A stretch of DNA of 64,000 nucleotides, from the NCBI GenBank assembly GCA_964016885.1, contig OZ024758.1, positions 37,572,001 to 37,636,000 on the forward strand. Direction: 5' to 3'. Positions 56,515-64,000 of this stretch are shown one piece after another. Position 1 is the first letter of the stretch, and each line of letters opens with the position of its first letter. The notes under the pieces are model-generated. The model was not told the origin of the DNA. It was given only the letters and a program-made list of their open reading frames with translations, and made no database searches. The DNA is from Eledone cirrhosa (Eukaryota). Position numbers and translations under genes: made by a program.

Positions 56515-59500
56515 AGTAACTCCACTGTTGGTGAGAATTCATTTAAGTCATGGTATTAGTTGTCAGAAGTAACTCCAATGTTGGTGAGAATTCATTTAAG
56601 TTCATGGTATTAGCTGTCAGAAGGAACTCCACTGTTGGTGAGAATTCATTTAAGTTCATGGTATTAGTTGTCAGAAGGAACTCCAATGTTGGTGAGAATT
56701 CATTTAAGTCATGGTACTAGCTGTCAGAAGTAACTCCACTGTTGGTGAGAATTCATTTAAGTTCATGGTATTAGCTGTCAGAAGGAACGCCACTGTTGGT
56801 GAGAATTCATTTAAGTTCATGGTATTAGCTGTCAGAAGTAACTCCACTGTTGGTGAGAATTCATTTAAGTTCATGGTACTAGCTGTCAGAAGTAACTCCA
56901 ATGTTGGTGAGAATTCATTTAAGTGCATGGTATTAGCTGTCAGAAGGAACTCCACTGTTGGTGAGAATTCATTTAAGTTCATGGTATTAGCTGTCAGAAG
57001 TAACTCCACTGTTGGTGAGAATTCATTTAAGTCATGGTATTAGCTGTCAGAAGTAACTCCATTGTTGGTGAGAATTCATTTAAGTCATGGTACTAGCTGT
57101 CAGAAGTAACTCCAATGTTGGTGAGAATTCATTTAAGTTCATGTTATTAGCTGTCAGAAGGAACTCCACTGTTGGTGAGAATTCATTTAAGTTCATGGTA
57201 TTAGCTGTCAGAAGTAACTCCACTGTTGGTGAGAATTCATTTAAGTCATGGTATTAGCTGTCAGAAGTAACTCCACCGTTGGTGAGAATTCATTTAAGTT
57301 CATGGTACTAGCTGTCAGAAGTAACTCCAATGCTGGTGAGAATTCATTTAAGTTCATGGTATTAGCTGTCAGAAGTAACTCCACTGTTGGTGAGAATTCA
57401 TTTAAGTTCATGGTATTAGCTGTCAGAAGTAACTCCACTGTTGGTGAGAATTCATTTAAGTTCATGGTATTAGCTGTCAGAAGTAACTCCACTGTTGGTG
57501 AGAATTCATTTAAGTTCATGGTACTAGCTGTCAGAAGTAACTCCAATGTTGGTGAGAATTCATTTAAGTTCATGGTATTAGCTGTCAGAAGTAACTCCAC
57601 TGTTGGTGAGAATTCATTTAAGTCATGGTATTAGCTGTCAGAAGTAACTCCACTGTTGGTGAGAATTCATTTAAGTTCATGGTATTAGCTGTCAGAAGTA
57701 ACTCCACTGTTGGTGAGAATTCATTTAAGTTCATGGTATTAGCTGTCAGAAGTAACTCCACTGTGGGTGAGAATTCATTTAAGTTCATGGTATTAGTTTG
57801 TCAGAAGTAACTGCACTGTAGGTGAGAATTCATTTAAGTCATGGTATTAGTTGTCAGAAGTAACTCCAATGTTGGTGAGAATTCATTTAAGTTCATGGTA
57901 CTAGCTGTCAGAAGTAACTCCACTGTTGGTGAGAATTCATTTAAGTTCATGGTATTAGCTGTCAGAAGTAACTCCACTGTTGGTGAGAATTCATTTAAGT
58001 TCATGGTATTAGCTGTCAGAAGTAACTCCACTGTTGGTGAGAATTCATTTAAGTTCATGGTACTAGCTGTCAGAAGTAACTCCAATGTTGGTGAGAATTC
58101 ATTTAAGTTCATGGTATTAGCTGTCAGAAGTAACTCCACTGTTGGTGAGAATTCATTTAAGTCATGGTATTAGCTGTCAGAAGTAACTCCACTGTTGGTG
58201 AGAATTCATTTAAGTTCATGGTATTAGCTGTCAGAAGTAACTCCACTGTTGGTGAGAATTCATTTAAGTTCATGGTATTAGCTGTCAGAAGTAACTCCAC
58301 TGTGGGTGAGAATTCATTTAAGTTCATGGTATTAGTTTGTCAGAAGTAACTGCACTGTTGGTGAGAATTCATTTAAGTCATGGTATTAGTTGTCAGAAGT
58401 AACTCCAATGTTGGTGAGAATTCATTTAAGTTCATGGTACTAGCTGTCAGAAGTAACTCCACTGTTGGTGAGAATTCATTTAAGTTCATGGTAATAGCTG
58501 TCAGAAGTAACTCCACTGTTGGTGAGAATTCATTTAAGTCATGGTATTAGTTGTCAGAAGTAACTCCAATGTTGGTGAGAATTCATTTAAGTTCATGGTA
58601 TTAGCTGTCAGAAGGAACTCCACTGTTGGTGAGAATTCATTTAAGTTCATGGTATTAGTTGTCAGAAGGAAGTCCAATGTTGGTGAGAATTCATTTAAGT
58701 CATGGTACTAGCTGTCAGAAGTAACTCCACTGTTGGTGAGAATTCATTTAAGTTCATGGTATTAGCTGTCAGAAGGAACGCCACTGTTGGTGAGAATTCA
58801 TTTAAGTTCATGGTATTAGCTGTCAGAAGTAACTCCACTGTTGGTGAGAATTCATTTAAGTTCATGGTACTAGCTGTCAGAAGTAACTCCAATGTTGGTG
58901 AGAATTCATTTAAGTGCATGGTATTAGCTGTCAGAAGGAACTCCACTGTTGGTGAGAATTCATTTAAGTTCATGGTATTAGCTGTCAGAAGTAACTCCAC
59001 TGTTGGTGAGAATTCATTTAAGTCATGGTATTAGCTGTCAGAAGTAACTCCATTGTTGGTGAGAATTCATTTAAGTCATGGTACTAGCTGTCAGAAGTAA
59101 CTCCAATGTTGGTGAGAATTCATTTAAGTTCATGTTATTAGCTGTCAGAAGGAACTCCACTGTTGGTGAGAATTCATTTAAGTTCATGGTATTAGCTGTC
59201 AGAAGTAACTCCACTGTTGGTGAGAATTCATTTAAGTCATGGTATTAGCTATCAGAAGTAACTCCACCGTTGGTGAGAATTCATTTAAGTTCATGGTACT
59301 AGCTGTCAGAAGTAACTCCAATGCTGGTGAGAATTCATTTAAGTTCATGGTATTAGCTGTCAGAAGTAACTCCACTGTTGGTGAGAATTCATTTAAGTTC
59401 ATGGTATTAGCTGTCAGAAGTAACTCCACTGTTGGTGAGAATTCATTTAAGTTCATGGTATTAGCTGTCAGAAGTAACTCCACTGTTGGTGAGAATTCAT

Positions 59501-62500
59501 TTAAGTTCATGGTACTAGCTGTCAGAAGTAACTCCAATGTTGGTGAGAATTCATTTAAGTTCATGGTATTAGCTGTCAGAAGTAACTCCACTGTTGGTGA
59601 GAATTCATTTAAGTTCATGGTACTAGCTGTCAGAAGTAACTCCAATGTTGGTGAGAATTCATTTAAGTTCATGGTATTAGCTGTCAGAAGTAACTCCACT
59701 GTTGGTGAGAATTCATTTAAGTCATGGTATTAGCTGTCAGAAGTAACTCCACTGTTGGTGAGAATTCATTTAAGTTCATGGTATTAGCTGTCAGAAGTAA
59801 CTCCACTGTTGGTGAGAATTCATTTAAGTTCATGGTATTAGCTGTCAGAAGTAACTCCACTGTGGGTGAGAATTCATTTAAGTTCATGGTATTAGTTTGT
59901 CAGAAGTAACTGCACTGTTGGTGAGAATTCATTTAAGTCATGGTATTAGTTGTCAGAAGTAACTCCAATGTTGGTGAGAATTCATTTAAGTTCATGGTAC
60001 TAGCTGTCAGAAGTAACTCCACTGTTGGTGAGAATTCATTTAAGTTCATGGTAATAGCTGTCAGAAGTAACTCCACTGTTGGTGAGAATTCATTTAAGTC
60101 ATGGTATTAGCTGTCAGAAGTAACTCCAATGTTGGTGAGAATTCATTTAAGTCATGGTACTAGCTGTCAGAAGTAACTCCAATGTTGGTGAGAATTCATT
60201 TAAGTTCATGGTATTAGCTGTCAGAAGTAACTCCACTGTTGGTGAGAATTCATTTAAGTTCATGGTATTAGCTGTCAGAAGTAACTCCACTGTTGGTGAG
60301 AATTCATTTAAGTCATGGTATTAGCTGTCAGAAGTAACTCCAATGTTGGTGAGAATTCATTTAAGTTCATGGTATTAGCTGTCAATAAGTCACTCCACTG
60401 TTGGTGAGAATTCATTTAAGTTCATGGTACTAGCTGTCAGAAGTAACCCCAATGTTGGTGAGAATTCATTTAAGTTCATGGTATTAGCTGTCAGAAGTAA
60501 CTCCAATGTTGGTGAGAATTCATTTAAGTTCATGGTATTAGCTGTCAGAAGTAACTCCACTGTTGGTGAGAATTCATTTAAGTTCATGGTATTAGCTGTC
60601 AGAAGTAACTCCACTGTTGGTGAGAATTCATTTAAGTCATGGTATTAGCTGTCAGAAGTAACTCCAATGTTGGTGAGAATTCATTTAAGTTCATGGTATT
60701 AGCTGTCAGAAGTAACTCCACTGTTGGTAAGAATTCATTTAAGTTCATGGTATTAGCTGTCAGAAGTAACTCCACTGTTGGTGAGAATTCATTTAAGTTC
60801 ATGGTATTAGCTGTCAGAAGGAACGCCACTGTTGGTGAGAATTCATTTAAGTTCATGGTATTAGCTGTCAGAAGTAACGCCACTGTTGGTGAGAATTCAT
60901 TTAAGTTCATGGTACTAGCTGTCAGAAGTAACTCCAATGTTGGGGAGAATTCATTTTAGTTCATGGTATTAGCTGTCAGAAGGAACTCCACTGTTGCTGA
61001 GAATTCATTTAAGTTCATGGTATTAGCTGTCAGAAGTAACTCCACTGTTCGTGAGAATTCATTTAAGTTCATGGTACTAGCTGTCAGAAGTAACTCCACT
61101 GTTGGTGAGAATTCATTTAAGTTCATGGTATTAGCTGTCAGAAGTAACTCCACTGTTGGTGAGAATTCATTTAAGTTCATGGTATTAGCTGACAGAAGTC
61201 ACTCCACTGTTGGTGAGAATTCATTTATGTTCATGGTATTAGTTTGTCAGAAGTAACTCCACTGTTGGTGAGAATTCATTTAAGTCATGGTATTAGTTGT
61301 CAGAAGTAACTCCAATGTTGGTGAGAATTCATTTAAGTTCATGGTATTAGCTGTCAGAAGGAACTCCACTGTTGGTGAGAATTCATTTAAGTTCATGGTA
61401 TTAGTTGTCAGAAGGAACTCCAATGTTGGTGAGAATTCATTTAAGTCATGGTACTAGCTGTCAGAAGTAACTCCACTGTTGGTGAGAATTCATTTAAGTT
61501 CATGGTATTAGCTGTCAGAAGGAACGCCACTGTTGGTGAGAATTCATTTAAGTTCATGGTATTAGCTGTCAGAAGTAACTCCACTGTTGGTGAGAATTCA
61601 TTTAAGTTCATGGTACTAGCTGTCAGAAGTAACTCCAATGTTGGTGAGAATTCATTTAAGTGCATGGTATTAGCTGTCAGAAGGAACTCCACTGTTGGTG
61701 AGAATTCATTTAAGTGCATGGTATTAGCTGTCAGAAGGAACTCCACTGTTGGTGAGAATTCATTTAAGTTCATGTTATTAGCTGTCAGAAGGAACTCCAC
61801 TGTTGGTGAGAATTCATTTAAGTTCATGGTATTAGCTGTCAGAAGTAACTCCACTGTTGGTGAGAATTCATTTAAGTTCATGGTATTAGCTGTCAGAAGT
61901 AACTCCACCGTTGGTGAGAATTCATTTAAGTTCATGGTACTAGCTGTCAGAAGTAACTCCAATGCTGGTGAGAATTCATTTAAGTTCATGGTATTAGCTG
62001 TCAGAAGTAACTCCACTGTTGGTGAGAATTCATTTAAGTTCATGGTATTAGCTGTCAGAAGTAACTCCACTGTTGGTGAGAATTCATTTAAGTTCATGGT
62101 ATTAGCTGTCAGAAGTAACTCCACTGTTGGTGAGAATTCATTTAAGTTCATGGTACTAGCTGTCAGAAGTAACTCCAATGTTGGTGAGAATTCATTTAAG
62201 TTCATGGTATTAGCTGTCAGAAGTAACTCCACTGTTGGTGAGAATTCATTTAAGTCATGGTATTAGCTGTCAGAAGTAACTCCACTGTTGGTGAGAATTC
62301 ATTTAAGTTCATGGTATTAGCTGTCAGAAGTAACTCCACTGTTGGTGAGAATTCATTTAAGTTCATGGTACTAGCTGTCAGAAGTAACTCCAATGTTGGT
62401 GAGAATTCATTTAAGTTCATGGTATTAGCTGTCAGAAGTAACTCCACTGTTGGTGAGAATTCATTTAAGTCATGGTATTAGCTGTCAGAAGTAACTCCAC

Positions 62501-64000
62501 TGTTGGTGAGAATTCATTTAAGTTCATGGTATTAGCTGTCAGAAGTAACTCCACTGTTGGTGAGAATTCATTTAAGTTCATGGTATTAGCTGTCAGAAGT
62601 AACTCCACTGTGGGTGAGAATTCATTTAAGTTCATGGTATTAGTTTGTCAGAAGTAACTGCACTGTTGGTGAGAATTCATTTAAGTCATGGTATTAGTTG
62701 TCAGAGGTAACTCCAATGTTGGTGAGAATTCATTTAAGTTCATGGTACTAGCTGTCAGAAGTAACTCCACTGTTGGTGAGAATTCATTTAAGTTCATGGT
62801 AATAGCTGTCAGAAGTAACTCCACTGTTGGTGAGAATTCATTTAAGTCATGGTATTAGCTGTCAGAAGTAACTCCAATGTTGGTGAGAATTCATTTAAGT
62901 CATGGTACTAGCTGTCAGAAGTAACTCCAATGTTGGTGAGAATTCATTTAAGTTCATGGTATTAGCTGTCAGAAGTAACTCCACTGTTGGTGAGAATTCA
63001 TTTAAGTTCATGGTATTAGCTGTCAGAAGTCACTCCAATGTTGGTGAGAATTCATTTAAGTTCATGGTATTAGCTGTCAGAAGTAACTCCACTGTTGGTA
63101 AGAATTCATTTAAGTTCATGGTATTAGCTGTCAGAAGTAACTCCACTGTTGGTGAGAATTCATTTAAGTTCATGGTATTAGCTGTCAGAAGTAACTCCAC
63201 TGTTGGTGAGAATTCATTTAAGTTCATGGTACTAGCTGTCAGAAGTAACTCCAATGTTGGGGAGAATTCATTTAAGTTCATGGTATTAGCTGTCAGAAGG
63301 AACTCCACTGTTGCTGAGAATTCATTTAAGTTCATGGTATTAGCTGTCAGAAGTAAGTCCACTGTTGGTGAGAATTCATTTAAGTTCATGGTACTAGCTG
63401 TCAGAAGTAACTCCACTGTTGGTGAGAATTCATTTAAGTTCATGGTATTAGCTGTCAGAAGTAACTCCACTGTTGGTGAGAATTCATTTAAGTTCATGGT
63501 ATTAGCTGACAGAAGTCACTCCACTGTTGGTGAGAATTCATTTAAGTTCATGGTACTAGCTGTCAGAAGTAACTCCAATGTTGGTGAGAATTCATTTAAG
63601 TTTATGGTATAAGCTGTCAGAAGTAACTCCACTGTTGGTGAGAATTCATTTAAGTTCATGGTATTAGCTGTCAGAAGTAACTCCACTGTTGGTGAGAATT
63701 CATTTAAGTTCATGGTATTAGCTGTCAGAAGTAACTCCACTGTTGGTGAGAATTCATTTAAGTTCATGGTACTAGCTGTCAGAAGTAACTCCAATGTTGG
63801 TGAGAATTCATTTAAGTTCATGGTATTAGCTGTCAGAAGTAACTCCACTGTTGGTGAGAATTCATTTAAGTCATGGTATTAGCTGTCAGAAGTAACTCCA
63901 CAGTTGGTGAGAATTCATTTAAGTTCATGGTATTAGCTGTCAGAAGTAACTCCACTGTTGGTGAGAATTCATTTAAGTTCATGGTATTAGCTGTCAGAAG
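56515..64000 (+). repeat. Domain D: shorter-period mosaic (539-bp, 1991-bp and about 2.75-kb offsets)
   Basis: Pairs 56711/58702 and 57248/59239 (+1991), 57625/58164 (+539), 58702/61448 (+2746). The private variant aactgcact occurs at about 57811, 58350, 59910 and 62658 only. Confidence 0.8.

Larger units (their letters stand above)
1..64000 (+). repeat. 54-bp EcoRI tandem satellite array, about 1,190 head-to-tail monomers, continuing beyond both window ends
   Basis: The consensus GAATTCATTTAAGTTCATGGTATTAGCTGTCAGAAGTAACTCCACTGTTGGTGA repeats continuously. Most monomers differ from it by 0-3 changes. Common variants (numbered from the G of GAATTC): loss of T14/15 (53 bp), T23C, C45A, T37G, A38C, C27T and C27TT (55 bp). 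No non-satellite sequence or inverted monomer was seen. Confidence 0.99.

Noticed and set aside
175-63882. All ORFs in the track (MVLAVRSNSTVGENSFKF repeats on +, MNLNEFSPTVELLLTANT repeats on -), up to 434 aa
   Set aside because: 54 bp is 18 codons, so any stop-free frame of the monomer yields long ORFs. Two open frames out of six is unremarkable. Frames are broken by frequent 1-bp indels, most common variants are non-synonymous, and there is no unique N- or C-terminal sequence or gene context.
1-64000. CRISPR array or other repeat-spacer/cassette system
   Set aside because: There are no unique spacers. The whole 54 bp is repeated with only point variants, and no cas, recombinase or reverse-transcriptase gene is present.
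1-64000. Splice-like signals in each monomer (TG/GTGAGA donor-like on +; CTGAC, CTAAT and TTCTGACAG on -; TACTAGC resembling TACTAAC)
   Set aside because: These are short degenerate motifs expected by chance. Donor-like and acceptor-like signals lie on opposite strands, and there is no transcript evidence.
1-64000. Hairpin or dyad potential (CCAA-TG-TTGG in C45A monomers; GAATTC, TTAA, CATG, AGCT palindromes)
   Set aside because: Stems are only 2-4 bp, too weak to support a cruciform or structured RNA claim without folding calculations.
1-64000. Internal sub-repeat origin of the monomer (TTCAT twice at 10-bp spacing; CTGT twice at 18-bp spacing)
   Set aside because: Matches are only 6/10 and 5/9 and do not extend around the monomer, so no consistent 9-, 18- or 27-bp subunit emerges.
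1-64000. CENP-B box, telomeric repeat, tRNA/5S/snRNA-derived unit or heat-shock element
   Set aside because: The CENP-B box needs CpGs that the consensus lacks. I saw no TTAGGG-type repeat, no recognisable pol III A/B box or RNA gene similarity, and GAATTC lacks the nGAAnnTTCn spacing.
1-64000. Synthetic concatemer or sequencing artefact (EcoRI-ligated oligo, rolling-circle read)
   Set aside because: Variants are inherited in nested multi-kb blocks at fixed offsets and all units are head-to-tail. Random error or ligation of EcoRI fragments would not produce this. Individual near-identical duplications could still be assembly errors.

Overview
The whole 64-kb window is one uninterrupted, single-orientation tandem satellite array of about 1,190 copies (estimated from length) of a 54-bp monomer. 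The consensus is GAATTCATTTAAGTTCATGGTATTAGCTGTCAGAAGTAACTCCACTGTTGGTGA (37% GC, no CpG, one EcoRI site per unit). I see no genes, RNA genes, transposons or CRISPR spacers. Every ORF in the track is the 18-codon monomer translated, broken by recurrent 1-bp indels. The real information lies in the variant pattern. Rare substitutions and 53/55-bp indel monomers act as barcodes that reveal nested, irregular higher-order repeats: tandem duplications of about 215, 270, 539, 698, 913, 2047, 2210, 4094, 4364 and 6669 bp, and dispersed block copies at offsets of 1991, 10231, 17400, 24343 and 28707 bp. These group into domains (about 1-16.9, 16.9-39, 39-56.5 and 56.5-64 kb) with partly private variants. 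This looks like a young eukaryotic heterochromatic or centromere-type satellite core. The organism and function cannot be determined from the sequence alone. All offsets were read by hand from marker variants and the ORF track, so block ends are approximate.
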